64,000 nucleotides of DNA from Leucoraja ocellata (GCA_036785375.1 JAWMAR010000066.1:2294001-2358000); one strand, 5' to 3'; positions 24,901 through 38,050 are shown, counted from the first letter of the stretch. Numbers and translations: made by a program. Notes: generated by a model from the letters alone, not told the origin.

Positions 24901-25360
24901 AAGTTAGACAAAAGCGCTGGAGTAACTCAGCGGGTGCGCCAGCATCTGTGGAGCGAAGGAAATAGGCAACATTTCGGGCCGAAACCCTTCTTCAGACTGA
25001 TGTAGTATGGGGGCGGGCAGGAAGAAGAAAGGAAGAGGAGGAGCCAGAGGGCTGAGGGAGAGCTGAGAAGGGGAGGAGATAGCAAGGGCTACCGGAGATT
25101 GGAGAAGTCAATGTTCAAGCCGCTGGGGTGCAGACTGCTCAAGCGGAATATGAGGTGCTGCTCCTCCAATTTCTGGTGGTGTTCACTCTGGCCATGGAGG
25201 AGGCCCAGGACAGAAAGGTCAGATACGGAATGGGAGGGGGAGTTGAAGTGCTGAGCCGCCGGGAGATCAGGTTGGTTAATGCGGACCGAGCGGAGGTGTT
25301 CGGCGAAACGATCGCCAAACCTACGCTTGGTCTCACCTATGTAGATCAGCTGACATCTAG
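24901..25360 (-). mobile_element. Penelope-like element 3' end (GIY-YIG endonuclease + 3' repeat with hammerhead core)
   Basis: Minus ORF IYIGETKRRFGDRFAEH...HFN...LEEQHLIFRL...GLN, then a pyrimidine spacer and CTGAAGAAGGGTTTCGGCCCGAAA. Confidence 0.88.
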
Positions 25361-26389
25361 ATAAATAATTTGATATACCTCCCATTATATTCATACTTTG
25401 ATTGCCAAATTAATGCTGAACATTAGTTGCTTAATTGAGATAGTACATTGTATTGAATTAAGACTGAGGAGCCATAGTTGTTTGCAGAACCAGGCATTAT
25501 TCAATTAATGGAAGCTGTGTAGGTTTCTTGCTAGTGCGACCTATTACTAATCCCACTATGCTTAGACTGGTTTGCCTTTATGTATTTAGACATTTTGTTT
25601 GTATTATGAGCGATTTCAAAAGTTGGAAGTACATTTCCAATACATGATAAAACAGAAACCAAAGCTATTCCTTATGTCTCTTCCTCGCCTCATGTTGAAG
25701 TAATTAGCTCTGGTAGGCACATATTGTGTGTTAATAACATTTGTTCAGGTCAAAAAGAAATACAGAAATGATTGAATTGCGCCCAGAATGAAATAGCAGA
25801 AAGTGCTGGAAATACACAACACACATGTCAGCATCTGTACAGTAACAACATAAGTTAATATTTCAGTCTTGGACCTTTCATCAAAAATGATTGAAAAGTC
25901 TGCACCTGGCACATTAAATTGTCTCTCTTCAGATTTTTACAAATCTGCTTTAGCAATTCCAGCTTTTCCTATTTTTGCAAAGATTTACAAATATTTCTTT
26001 TTTTTCTTCTTGAGATGAACATTGAATTGTGTTGGTTTAGATTTCCAATGGAAACAACAACTTATATCTGTAAATGGATAATTGAGAATTGGACTTCACT
26101 GCTACACAAGCCAGTTCCACAAGAATCTCCAAACATGAAGGTAATATCAGCTATTTAATGGGGAATTGAAATAAGGGATGGGTTTTTTTTTGTAGACTTT
26201 GAAGAGAGAATTGTTGCACAGTCTCTGGAGAGGGTAGACTTCAGGATGTATTAATCCCAGTAAGTTAAGGTTGGTCTTTGGCTCCCTCCATCAGCAGGAT
26301 AGAGAGCAAAGGAAATCAATTGTCTGATTAGAGGTATTATCATAATCCTATTAAGTGTGGATAAAATATTACACCAAAGCTTCATAACA

Positions 26390-26691
26390 GGACGGTACAG
26401 TGACATAACTCTGGAGTTACTGCCTTTCAGCACCAAAGACCCTGTTTGACCCTGACTACGGGTGCTGTCTGTACGGAGTTTGTACTTTCTCCCTGTGACT
26501 TGCATCGGATATCTGGTTTCCTCCCACACTCCAAAGACACAGGTTTGTAGGCTAGTTGGCTTGGTACAGTTATAAATTGTCCTCAGTGTGTGTAGGATAG
26601 TGTTAATGTGTGGGGATCGCTGGTCGGTGCAGTCTCGGTGGGCCGAAGGGCCTGTTTCCACGCTGTATCTCTAAATTAAACTAAACTAAAC
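26390..26691 (+). mobile_element. HE1-type SINE
   Basis: Degenerate tRNA head, V-like core, CR1 tail and (TAAAC)n. Confidence 0.8.
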
Positions 26692-26984
26692 AGGAAGTTG
26701 TATGGCAGAAATTATCTTGTGAAATCTGAAACAAATTCCCATCCTCTCTAACCCAATGTTAATCCTTTGGAGAATGCTACAGGATCTGTATCAAAACCAA
26801 CATTTAATATTTAAAACTAATCAACAAGAATCCGAATATTCGAATAAAATAATGTATTATTTTAGAATGAGCTCAGACAAATGTATTTGTGGATTGATAT
26901 TGTGTTGTGGACATGGTGGGAAGTGATTACAATGGCTCCAAATCACCAGGGAAGTAGTTTCACCTGACTCATGAAAGCCAAAAC

Positions 26985-27338
26985 CAAAGGTAGACACAAA
27001 GTGCTGGAGTAACTCAACGGGACAGGCAGCATCTCCGGAGAGAAAGAATGGGTGACATTTCTGGTCGAGACCCTTCTTCAGACTGAAAGTCAGGGGAGAG
27101 TAAAACGAGAGATATGGAAGGGAACACAGAAAATGTAAGGTGTAAAAACGACAGATCAAAGCAGACGATGATCTAGGAAATGTAGAATGTTGGCAGAGAT
27201 GAAGGTGACAACGAGGCAGTGAAACTAGTTGGAGAACTAGGGTGTGGGGGGGGGGGAGGGACGAGAGAGAGGGAAAGCAAGGGTTACTTGAAGCTAGAGA
27301 AATCAATATTCATACCGCTGGGTTGTAAGCTGCCCAGG
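26985..27338 (-). mobile_element. Penelope-like 3' end
   Basis: Antisense LGSLQPSGMNIDFS followed by the 3' repeat. Confidence 0.75.
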
Positions 27339-27789
27339 CAGTGTGACCCACCAGTTGGCAGCATCGCTGATCATTATCAGAGCAACCTTATTGATTGGAA
27401 CGGGTGTCAAGGGTATTGGGGAGAAGGCAGGGAAATGGGATTAGGAGGAAGAGATCAGCCATGATTGAATGGAGGAGTAAACTCGACGGGCTGAATGGCC
27501 TAAGTCTACTCCTGGAACTTGTGAACATTATCCTGCTGCAAAGTAAACCCATTTTCATCCCCTTTTGTCTCACCATCTTGCCATCCATCAAGTGATGAAA
27601 ATGGCTCATATTCAGCAGTCTCCACAATGTAAAATGTTGCACATTATCTTTGTTTCTATTGGATCCATCATTATATTTAATTGGAAGATACTTTAATATG
27701 AATATACCAGGTAAATTATCATTTTAAATCAAAATAAAAGATGAAAAGAATAATTGGGTGAGTTATCCATGTAATATTAGATCATGTCA

Positions 27790-28275
27790 AAGGTGATATG
27801 AGTAGAATTAGGCCATTTGGCCTATCAAGTCTACGCGCGCACACATAAGTCTGATCAATTTCCCCTTCCTACATCAGTCATATGAAGATCTGGGTGATCA
27901 ATCTCCCCTTCCAAAACCCATTCTTCTGCCTTCTCCACATAACCTCTGACACCCATTCTAATCAAAAATCCATCTATCTCTGCCTTAAAAATATTCACTG
28001 ACTTGGTCTCTACCAGCCCTCTGTGGCAAAGAATTCCACAGATTCACCACCATCTGACTAAAGAAAGTGTTCCTCATCTCCTTCCTAAAAGAATGTTCTT
28101 TAATTCTAAGGCTATGACATCTAGTCCTCTACTCTCCCACTAGTAGAAACATCCTCTCCACATCCACTATCCAAGCCTTTCACTATTCTGTACGTTTCAA
28201 TGAGGCCCACCTCATTCGGTTCAACTCCAGCGAGTACAGGCCCAGTGCCGACAAATGCTCGTCATAGGTTAACCC
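27790..28275 (-). mobile_element. CR1 3' fragment
   Basis: Antisense of CR1 ORF2 C-terminus (gaattccacagattcaccac, ...cattcctgggatc). Confidence 0.75.
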
Positions 28276-28494
28276 ACTCATTCCTGGGATCATTCTGGAG
28301 CGTTTCTACAAATGCATATACTTGCACAGGCAAATACACTTGCACAGGCACAGACATACATGCACACATACACATATAGCACATGCAGATGTAAGTGTGT
28401 GTGCAAACATTCAAGTCCTGACACACACATACACAGAGTCACATGCAGACACACACACACACACAGACACATATAAACACACACAACCACACAG

Positions 28495-29133
28495 TTCATA
28501 GCAAAAGGATTTGAGTATAGGAGCAGGGAGGTTTTACTGCAGTTGTACAGGGTCTTGGTGAGACCACACCTGGAGTATTGTGTACTGTTTTGGTCTCCTA
28601 ATCTGAGGAAAGACATTCTTGCCATAGAGGGAGTACAGAGAAGGTGCACCAGACTGATTCCTGGGATGACAGGACTTTCATATGAAGAAAGACTGGATAG
28701 ACTCGGCTTGTACACACTGGAATTCAGAAGATTGAGCGGGGATATTATAGAAACTTACAAAATTCTTAAGGGGTTGGACAGGCTAGATGCAGGAAGATTA
28801 TTCCCGATGTTGGTGAAGTCCAGAACTAGGGGTCACAGTTTAAGGATAAGAGGGAAGTCTTTTAGGACCGAGATGAGAAAATCACTTTTTACACAGAGAG
28901 TGGTGAATCTGTGGAATGATCTGCCACAGAAGGTAGTTGAGGCCAGTTCATTGGCTATATTTAAGAGGGAGTTAGATGTGGCCCTTGTGGCTAAAGGGAT
29001 CAGGGGGTATGGAGAGAAGGCAGGAATGGGATACTGAGTTGGATGATCAGCCATGATCATATCGAATGGCGGTGCAGGCTCGAAGGGCCGAATGGCCTAC
29101 TCCTGCACCTATTTTCTATGTTTCTATGTTTCT
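28495..29133 (+). mobile_element. Young 5'-truncated CR1, same subfamily as 18875-23227, inserted in CA-rich sequence
   Basis: Open 164-aa C-terminal ORF nearly identical to 22595-23227, with (TTTCTATG)n tail. Degenerate CA repeats flank it (28310-28493, 29140-29205). Confidence 0.92.
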
Positions 29134-30861
29134 ATACTTCTATACACGCACAGACATGCATATGGATATGTCGACACACAAATGCACACAAGCATTGACA
29201 CACAACTGGTGATTTATCTCTACAATGCAGTTTTACATTTACATGAAAAATAAATGAAGTAGAAATCAAAACAATTTGGCTTATATGTTCAATTACTTTA
29301 TAAGTATGTTTTGGCAGAGGTTATACTGTTGGCATTACTGCACCAGGGTGAAATATACACAGAGATGTAATGACCATATTTGAGTGCATGTAGGTTATGC
29401 GGTGCTTTCTGTTCCGATGCTTCGGGTGGAAAGAAGGGAAATTGAACTCCGAATCTCTCAGCGGATAGGAAAACATGATCTGACTCTCGCCGTCTGTTAT
29501 ATTTCCTCTCCAGATTGAGAATTTTGCCACGTGCAAAGATTGAATCAAAGGAATGTCTTCACACACAGCCATGTAACACCTAAGGGCTTAAAATGAATTG
29601 AGTATGTGGACTCTACCCTGGCATGCTGTGTCCAGCTGAACAAAGCAGATGTTGCTTGACGCTCCAGGCTTCTTGTCGGATAATTTTTTCGAGAGACATG
29701 TTTTGAACCAGTGAACTCCACACTGGTCCGCTCACCTAATGATAGAGCGACCGGCATTAATGGTGTCTACAAATTGGTCTGAGCTGATTTTGGAGGCAAC
29801 TAGGCTACTAGGAAGCACAGATTTATCATGGAGCAGGTAGCAGGGAGTTTGTCTCAGGTCTGGAAACGCAGCATTCCACCATGTATTGATCAGGAGGAGA
29901 GAAGAAATTACCCAGGAATATCAATAAGTTATAGACATGGAGCCATAAGAGACTGCAGATGCTGGAATGTGGAACAACAAACAGTCTGCTGGAGGAACTC
30001 AAGCAGCATCTCTGGAGAACATGGATGAGTGACATTTTGGGTCAGGACCCTTCTTCAGACTCAAAAGATAAAAGGTGTTATTCCTTCTCCTCTTCACGTT
30101 ATCGTGGAGTGCGTACCAGGGATCTGCGGACTCCACTGGTATTAGGAATGAAGGTCTCTGATGTGCCTTGCCCTTTCTTCGATTTCCTGAATTTCTGCTC
30201 TCAACCTTCCACAATCAGTGGTTTCCCTGGGTCCTCTGTGACAGATCCTGTTCCTCTGGTGATATCGAGCTTACTCCTTCCTCTTCCCGTGGAGATGCTT
30301 GAGATACAACTCCTTTCTGTTTCTCTAGCATTGGTCTAAAGTGCCATCCTGTTGTGAGAAGATAGCTTGCTCCCTTCACAGGCAGTGCTATTTATTATTG
30401 TACCATTCTTGTAATCTCAACATTGATTCCTGCATGTCAGTGACATTTGTAAGTGGTTTGAAGATCAATTCTTGCTTGGATAATTAAATCAATGGTTGCT
30501 ACTCTATGTAACTTTTGGCCATGACTCAAGGAATCAAGGAATATGGGGAGAAGGCAGGCACGGGTTATTAATCTGGGACGAACAGCCATGATCACAATGA
30601 ATGGCGGTGCTGGCTTGAAGGGTCCTCCTGCACCTATTTTCTATGTTTCTACGTTTCTATGACTCGTTACGCCCTAATACCAATGCAAACCCAAAATAGA
30701 ACCATAGAACCAAATATCTCTTCAATAACTGGCCTGAACAAAAATGTTCCATCCCAGTGCATCAGTGTGCATGGCCAGATACTGCATGAACAATTCCAGC
30801 AACTCCCACCATTGCGGACCACATCTCATTCAACCATTCGGGGCAGTGACTTCAACTATCT

Positions 30862-31080
30862 GTGTAGGAAGGAACTGCAGGTGCGGGTTTAAACCGAAGA
30901 TAGACACAGAAAGCTGGAGTAACTCAGCGGGACAGCCAGCATCTCTGGAGAGAAGGAATGGGTGACGTTTTGGGTCAAGACCCTTCTTCAGTCTGACCCA
31001 AAACATCACCCATTCCTTCTCTCCAGAGATGCTGCGTGTCCCGCTTAGTTACTCCAGCTTCTTGTGTTCATCTTCGACTT
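30862..31080. mobile_element. Inverted pair of Penelope 3' repeats
   Basis: Antisense copy 30862-30992 followed by sense copy 30993-31080. Confidence 0.75.
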
Positions 31081-31738
31081 CAACTATCTGATGGATGGGG
31101 CTGGATGACCTGGCAGAGCTGACTGCACAGACAGCACCACCCCAAAAGTGCCCATTGAAGTGGCACAAGATGTCTAGCTGCAGATGGGGCAATGCCTGGG
31201 TGAGACAAGAGTGTCCAACCTGGTCCCTTTGGCAGGAGCCAGGCCTCTTGTTTGTGTCCCACTGCTCACGGTCAGGCAGCACCAGTGAGGAAATTGTTAT
31301 GTTTGTTGATCACTGCCTCCTGCTGGCTGGATGCCAGCTACAGGAAGTGCAGAGGGTTTGAAAGCTGCTAAAGCTGTTGACCCCAGCAAAAATAGTGGGG
31401 TTTAAACTAGGTTGCACAAGTTGGAGTGGCACAACACCCCTGTTGATAGACACAAAATGCTGGAGTAACTCAGCGGGTCAGACAGCATCTCTGGAGGAAA
31501 GGAATAGGTGACAGTTTGTGTTGAGACCCTTCCTCAAACAGAATGATGGCTTCTCTCCTTCTGGTTTGTGCTCTATCAAGAAGGAGGAATGTGGCCATAG
31601 AAAAGATGATGTGGCCAGGCAGGGGAGGTGATAGGTCAAAGCCTTCCCGTGCGTGGATGAATCATTGCCTTCTGCCTGGATCCACTGTTCATCTGGAGAT
31701 TGAGAAAGACTTTGTAGAGATAATTGCAGCATACATTG

Positions 31739-32712
31739 GGGATGACGCTGTGGTGTAGCGGATCGAGCAACTGTTTTACAACACCAGAGACCCAGGTTCG
31801 ATCCTGACTACGGGTGCTTGTCTGTATGGAGTTTTATGGTCTCCCTGTGACCTGCGTGACCTGACCACACTCCAAAGATATACAGGTTTGTAGGTTAATT
31901 GGCTTGGTATAAATGTAAAATTGTCCCTAGTGTGTGTGGGGTAGTGTTAAGGGCCTGTCCCACTTAGGCGATTTTTTTTAGGCGACTGTCACAGTCGGAG
32001 CAAGTCGCCGAAAAAACGGCGACTGGAGCCCCCAACGATAATGTCTACGACAAGCTACAACAACCTACCACCTAGTCGACGTCAAGCTACCAGCGACCCA
32101 TTAGGACGTCCACCTACGACCACACCTAGAACAACCTTCAACCGCACAGGCAACAACCTGCATCCACCCTCGCGTACGGCAAGCTATCGACAACCGGCGA
32201 CCCATTAGGACGTCCACCTACGACCACACCTACAACAACCTACAACCGCACAGGCAACAACCTACGACAACCGGTCAACCTACGTCCACCCGTGCTACGA
32301 CCCTGTCGGCGACAACTGTAGATGACTGAAGCCGGTTGACGTAGGTAGTCGCCAATGGAATTCACTGAAGTCAGCACCGGCGACAACCTACGTCACCTGG
32401 CGACAACCTACGACAGCACCTACGTCAGGAGAAGTCGAGCTACGCTCATTGGCATCAACCCACTGTCACCAAAAAGTTTTGAACATGTTGAAAATCCAGC
32501 GGCGAACAGAAAGACGCTACGACTCTTTGGGCGACTGAGGAGACTACTCAAGACCATACAGGCGACACCCTGGCGACCATGTGGTGACAGCCTAGTCACC
32601 TGTAGTCGCCTAAAGAATAGATAAGTGGGACAGGCCCTTTAATTTGCAGGGATCGCTGGTTGGTGCAGACTCGGTAGACTGATGGGCCTGTTTCCATGCT
32701 GTATCTCTAAAC
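31739..32712 (+). mobile_element. HE1-type SINE interrupted by a Harbinger MITE
   Basis: A box tggtgtagcgg and B box ggttcgatcc (~31795). The SINE body resumes at 32642 (atttgcagggatcgctgg...tatctctaaa). Confidence 0.85.
31950..32638. mobile_element. PIF/Harbinger-type MITE (689 bp)
   Basis: TTA TSDs (31947-49, 32639-41); perfect TIR AGGGCCTGTCCCACTTA; interior rich in CGAC/CTACGAC motifs with a ~105-bp tandem duplication. Confidence 0.9.
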
Positions 32713-32719
32713 ATGTGTC

Positions 32720-33165
32720 ATGACTTTCATATGAAGAAAGACTCGGCTTGTACTCGCTAGAATTGAAAAGATTGAGGGGGGATCTTATAGAAACTTACAA
32801 AATTCTTAAGGGGTTGGACAGGCTAGATGCAAGAAGATTGTTCCCGATGTTGGGGAAGTCCAGGACAAAGGGTCACAGTTTAAGGATAAAGGGGAAATCC
32901 TTTAGGACTGAGATGAGAAAAACATTTTTCACACAGAGAGTGATAAATCTCTGGAACTCTCTGCCACAGAAGGTAGTTGAGGCCAGTGCATTGGCTATAT
33001 TTAAGAGGGAGTTAGATGTGGCCCTTGTGGCTAAGGGATCAGGGGGTATGGAGAGATGGCAGGTACAGGATACTGAGTTGGATGATCGGCCATGATCATA
33101 TTGAATGGCGATGAAGGGCCGAATGGCCTACTCGTGCACCTATTTTCTATGTTTCTATGTTTCTA
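32720..33165 (+). mobile_element. CR1 3' fragment
   Basis: YSLELKRLRGDLIETYKIL...; (TTTCTATG)n tail. Confidence 0.9.
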
Positions 33166-33458
33166 AACAAAGTCAGTTCTGTTCACCAATACTGGAGGGA
33201 ACATGGGCAGCACCCACAAGCTGGCTGAGTGCTTTACCAAGAAGGAACACGGCCAGGAGATTGTGGGAGGAGACCTAGTCACCGATTACGAGCCCTCAGT
33301 GCTGCTGTAAGGGATTCAGTTGTCCTCCTGCACTCCAGCCATCAGCTTTATCAGGTGCCAAAACCAGACAAGGCCTCACAAAGACTTAATGTACAAATGT
33401 CCAGAGAGAGGAAGAACAATAAACTCCTCATGCCCTCACCCCAATGACTAGCTTTGTA

Positions 33459-34487
33459 TAGCAATGTTACAAAATGTTGAGATTTAAAAAATCAAGTCTG
33501 CAATTTATCCCATCAGATAAAGCATAAAAAGAAGTTTAATTTGACACCTAATTCACTTTCATATCTTTAGTATTAAAAAGGTTATGCCCATTTTCTTGGA
33601 TATTAGCATCTTGTTCCCTATTGCTTTTCCATTGGCTTAACACAAAAGCTGTGATCGAGGACAGTCAAAAGCCCATAACTTTCTTAAAAATTAAGAGAAC
33701 TGAAAGAATTTTTCAGTTATGATAGATTGAAGCATTCTGAAACAAATATGAAACAATCTTACTTGGATGACCTGAAATTAAAGCATATAGTTAGTTAGTT
33801 ACCTAATTGTAGCTAATTACAAAATTCAATTACTAGACCTAAACATCTATCCATTTCTTAAGAAAAGATTAACATTGTTAAATAGCCTAAGTGTCCAAAT
33901 AACATTCGCACAATAATTCACAATATAACATGATTTATAAATCTCATTGTCATGAATTTATAGGCCAAATGGAAGGAATTTAATGTTTAATTCCTGAAAA
34001 TTAATGGCCATTTAATAATCTTGCGAGTGGGTTTTTCTGGAATGCGATCGATTGGAACGTTGCGGTAGCAGTGAATTTGAACCCCATATCGGCTGGAAAA
34101 ACACTGCCGGTTTTTATGGGGCCATAATCACATTTTCGCCAAGAAAATTTTGATTAAAGTCATCCTAAGAAGCAAGTTTATATGTAAAATAAACGACTCA
34201 CCTTATGTTTTGTCCCCTACGTGAGATCTGTCCCGTTGACAGCGTTAGAAGTCCCTTTTTTATTTTACTCCAGCGATTAAATTGTCCCACGATTTTTAGA
34301 AAAAACTTTCGAGAACGCAAATCGGAACGATTTTTCAGCATCAGCTAGCAGCCTGAGAAAATATATCTCAGACAGGCACGAGAAAACGGCATTTTAATCC
34401 CTGCCCCCCCCCAAAGGCGCCAAAGTCGCGCACACGACCAGTGGCAGAACTGCAGCGCCGCTGAAGGTAAGTTTTGTAACATACCTA
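33459..34487. mobile_element. Non-autonomous TIR DNA transposon with TAG termini and 7-bp TSD (hAT-like)
   Basis: CTTTGTA is duplicated at 33452-58 and 34488-94. Imperfect TIRs TAGCAATGTTACAAAA / TTTTGTAACATACCTA. No transposase ORF. Confidence 0.8.
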
Positions 34488-34669
34488 CTTTGTATGTAGC
34501 TGGATCAAAGTATGCATGAAGTATGAATACGTGAGCACCTAGTGTCACTTTTACAGTGCTGAGTTTCATCAGTCTCGGGTATTATGCAGGACAGGTCTGG
34601 CCACGTTGCCACATAGTGTTCTTTTCAGCTGGAGCATGCTGTTTCAACTGGCCCTTACAGGCACACCTC

Positions 34670-35290
34670 GTCATAGAGTCACAGTTATCGAGCTTACAGC
34701 ACAGAAACAGTACCGTCGACCTACATTGTCCATGCCAACCAAGGTGGGCTACTGGTCTAGTCCCATTTACCTGCATTAGACCCGTATCCCTTTAAACCCT
34801 TCCTGTCCATACTACTGCTAAATGTTTTTTGAAAGTCATTATGGTATCTGCTTTTCAAGTTGCCTCTGGCAGTTCATTCCAAATACAGGCAACCCACTGA
34901 GTGAAATAGTTGCCCCTGAAGTCCCTCTTAAATGTCTCCCCTCTCCTTTTAAGGCTCTGCCCTCCAGTCAGACCATGTGACATAGGAGCAGAATTAGGCA
35001 ATTTGGTCCATTGAGTCTGCTCTGCCATTCGTTCATAGCTGATCTATATTTTCTTCTCAACCGCATGCTGTTTCCTTCTCCCCGTGACCTTTCACGCCCT
35101 TTCAAATCAAGAAAGTATCAATTTCTGTTTTAAAAGTACCCAATGACTTGGCCTCCATGGCAGTCTGTGAATCCCACAGATTCACCACCCTCTGGTTAAA
35201 GAAATTCCTCCTCATCTCCATTCTAAAGGTACGTCCTTTTATCCTGAGGCTGTGCACTCTGGCCCTAGACACTCCCAGTACTGGAAATCC
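34670..35290 (-). mobile_element. Two adjacent older CR1 3' fragments
   Basis: Antisense CR1 3' UTR/ORF2 ends at ~34670-34970 and ~34975-35290. Confidence 0.65.
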
Positions 35291-35461
35291 ACTCTAGTTA
35301 GTTTTAGAATCTTTTACTGCAATTACTTTACCGAGGCGTACAAGACCATAAGGGTCATGGATAAAGTGAACACACAGAGTCCACTTTATCCACGCCCCTC
35401 ATGGACTTGTACATTCCAATAAATGTCACCCCTTGGTCTCCTGGAATATCATGAGATTTAA

Positions 35462-35946
35462 TGGGCCTGTCCCATGAGCATGCGACTGCATGCGGCAAGG
35501 GCGACCTAACACGGTTGCTTGAGTCGAACAGCCTCGCGGGGCCAGTCCCACTTCGATCGCTGGAGCCGTTTGGAGTTGTGCGGAGCTGGTCCCGACATCG
35601 CGCGCGGCTCCGGAAAAACTGACAGTGTTCAAAAACTCTGTGCGGCAACGGCCTGCCAGCCCGCAGCCGCCTCGATGCCGTATGCACCGCCTCGATGGGC
35701 ATACGCAGCGTCTTGACGCTGTACGTCACGCGCAAACTTCCCGCGGATTTCGCTCAAACTTCACATCACTCACTCGACCTCCGCGCGGCCCCCGCTTCCG
35801 GTTTGGTCGCGTCGCCACATGCAGTCGCATGCTGGTGGGACCGGCCCTGTACGGGGATCACTCGACCTCCGCGCGTCCCCGCGTGGCCCCCGCTTCCGGT
35901 TGGTCGCACTTGCCGCATGCAGTCGCATGCTGGTGGGACAGGCCCT
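35462..35946. mobile_element. PIF/Harbinger-type MITE with duplicated right end
   Basis: TIR GGGCCTGTCCCA...GCATGCGACTGCATGCGGC at both ends, TWA-like flanks. The right subterminal ~80 bp is duplicated (35770-35848 and 35858-35946). Confidence 0.8.
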
Positions 35947-36169
35947 TTATTTGGTGATTTACCTGTAATTACTTGGTATTCCGTGTCTGAAAATGATATT
36001 CATCCTGAGATAAGTCCAGAGATATCTAAAAAGCACAAGATATGGACATGGCATTAGTTCTTCATGTTTTTTGGATCTCGATTATTTGCACTGATATTTA
36101 ATGTTGCGTTTGCTCTTGAGATTCTCCGGATGAAATTCTCAGTTTGCCAGTGGCAATATCTTTCTGTAC

Positions 36170-36610
36170 TCGAGCAATAAGCATGATTCTGGAGGGACTG
36201 AGTGGGCCAGGCAGCGTTTGTGGTGGCAAATGGACAGGCAACATTTCGGTCTGGGGAACGTTCATCAGACCAATGAAGTAAAGGGGGAGAAGTTGGGAAA
36301 GAGAAATGAAGGGACGGAGTGCGGCAAAAACTGGCAAATGATACATGGGTGAAGGTGAGGAGGGGTGAGGGGTAGATGGATGGACACAGTAACCAAGGCT
36401 AGAGGTGAAATGGAGCAAAAAGGTGCCAGGTAAGGAAGAAGAGCAGTGAAATGTAAAGCCGGTGGGAGGGATAGTGAAAGAAGGGGATTGAAGGGAGCTG
36501 AAAAATGGGCGATAAAAGGAAAGCAAGGGACAAAGTAGGGACAGGTGGGAGATGAGTGGAAGCAGGAGATGCAAGGAAAAGGGGATAACAGATGAGGGGA
36601 ATGGGAGAAA
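36170..36610 (-). mobile_element. Older Penelope-like 3' region
   Basis: Purine-rich tract plus antisense CTGATGAA...CCGAAATG at ~36240-36270. Confidence 0.55.
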
Positions 36611-36829
36611 GATGTGCTCATCAGTGATGAGAAGCAAAGAGTCTGGGGATTTAACTGAAATCAGACTCTGGCATTTGCAATGTCCCGTGTCTATTATTGT
36701 GAACATGTTGATGAGACTACAAAGCAGATGTTTGTACAAGATTGTACCAGGCAGGTCTCCATTGCACAACTGGATAGGAAAACCGAGGGATTGTAATGGC
36801 AACTGCTGGAGGATGTTCACTGGACACTG

Positions 36830-37038
36830 ACACTTCAGATAGCCCTGGATTTCCCTCCCCATCCTCTCCCCCTTCCCAGTTTCCACCAGTCTTACTGTCT
36901 CCGCCTACATTCTGTCTTTGTCCCGCTCCCTCCCCTGATATCAGTCTGAAGAAGGGTCTCAACCAGAAATGTCGCCAAATCCTTCTCTCTATAGTTGCTG
37001 CCTCACCCATTGAGTTAGTCCAGCATTTTGTGTCTACC
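36830..37038 (+). mobile_element. Penelope-like 3' end
   Basis: Pyrimidine spacer, then tcagtctgaagaagggtctcaaccagaaatgtcgcc and the 3' repeat. Confidence 0.7.
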
Positions 37039-37092
37039 ACTGAGCATTGGAGCCCTGGCTCAGACCCAGGGCGTAATGACTGCAGTTCCTTA

Positions 37093-37223
37093 TGCGCCTG
37101 TCCCACTTGGGCGTAATTTGCGCGTCATTTACGTGCCATCATTTACGCGCACGTGATGCTTGCATGGCATGCATTACGCGCGCCTGCGTGATGACCAAAT
37201 GACGCCCAAGTGGGACAGGCCCT
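37093..37223. mobile_element. PIF/Harbinger-type MITE (131 bp)
   Basis: TTA flanks; TIR GCCTGTCCCACTTGGGCG / CGCCCAAGTGGGACAGGC; interior related to 17534-17735. Confidence 0.85.
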
Positions 37224-37384
37224 TTAGACTGCCAAGAGATGATTACCTGCTGCAGAAGGTCCGGGATTCCGATTGCAGAAACCATAAGGCTGCACTGCTG
37301 CTGTTTTAAATTCATATGGTCTCTAGTGCAATGACCTATCCAATTGTAGTTGCCCCAAGAAGGTGCTGGAGTGATCCTCTACTT

Positions 37385-37684
37385 TGAGTTTAGTTTAGCT
37401 TAGAGATACAGCGTGGAAACCGAGTCCGCAATGACCAGCGATCCCTGAACGCTAGCGCTATCCTACATACACTAGTGACAATTTACAATCATACCGAGCC
37501 AATTAACCAATAAACCTGTATGTCTTTGGAGTGTGGTTGTAAACCGGAGATCCCAGAGAAACCCCAGGTGCGTCATGGGGAGAACGTGCAAACTCTGTAC
37601 AGACACCATCCGTCGTCAGGATCGAACACGGGTCTCTGGTGCTGTAAGGCAGTAGCTCTACCGCTGCGCCACCGTGCTGTCCCG
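37385..37684 (-). mobile_element. HE1-type SINE
   Basis: Antisense A box (accgctgcgccaccgtg) and B box (ggatcgaac), V-like core, (GTTTA)n tail. Confidence 0.85.
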
Positions 37685-37999
37685 GCAGTACTTGGGGCAC
37701 TGCAGTCCGAGGCTGTAGAGGTTTGAGATAACTGCACAGAGGGCAAGTGCCAGTCAACAACTTATATGGCAACTGAAGGTGAACATGGGCTCGATTAGGT
37801 CAGAAAGCCAGGTTTACTTCCCTTAAGGAGATGAATGAAGCATTTTATTTTTCACAATAACTGTACAGACATGTTTACTGCTGAATGGTTTTAATTTCCC
37901 GAATTATTAGTATAAATGAACATTCTTAAACCACGAGGCAGTCATTCATGCCTTGAGGACACCTCCATATCCCACACTGGGATCAGGAAGAGAAAGCCA

Positions 38000-38002
<3 letters not shown>

Positions 38003-38047
<45 letters not shown>
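38003..38047. repeat. (CA)n microsatellite
   Basis: About 22 perfect CA units. Confidence 0.95.

Positions 38048-38050
<3 letters not shown>

Noticed and set aside
31739-31812. tRNA-like sequences with A and B boxes
   Set aside because: They are SINE heads continuing into a V-like core and CR1 tail, not tRNA genes.
36098-36886. 262-aa minus-strand ORF
   Set aside because: Low-complexity translation of a Penelope pyrimidine-rich spacer.
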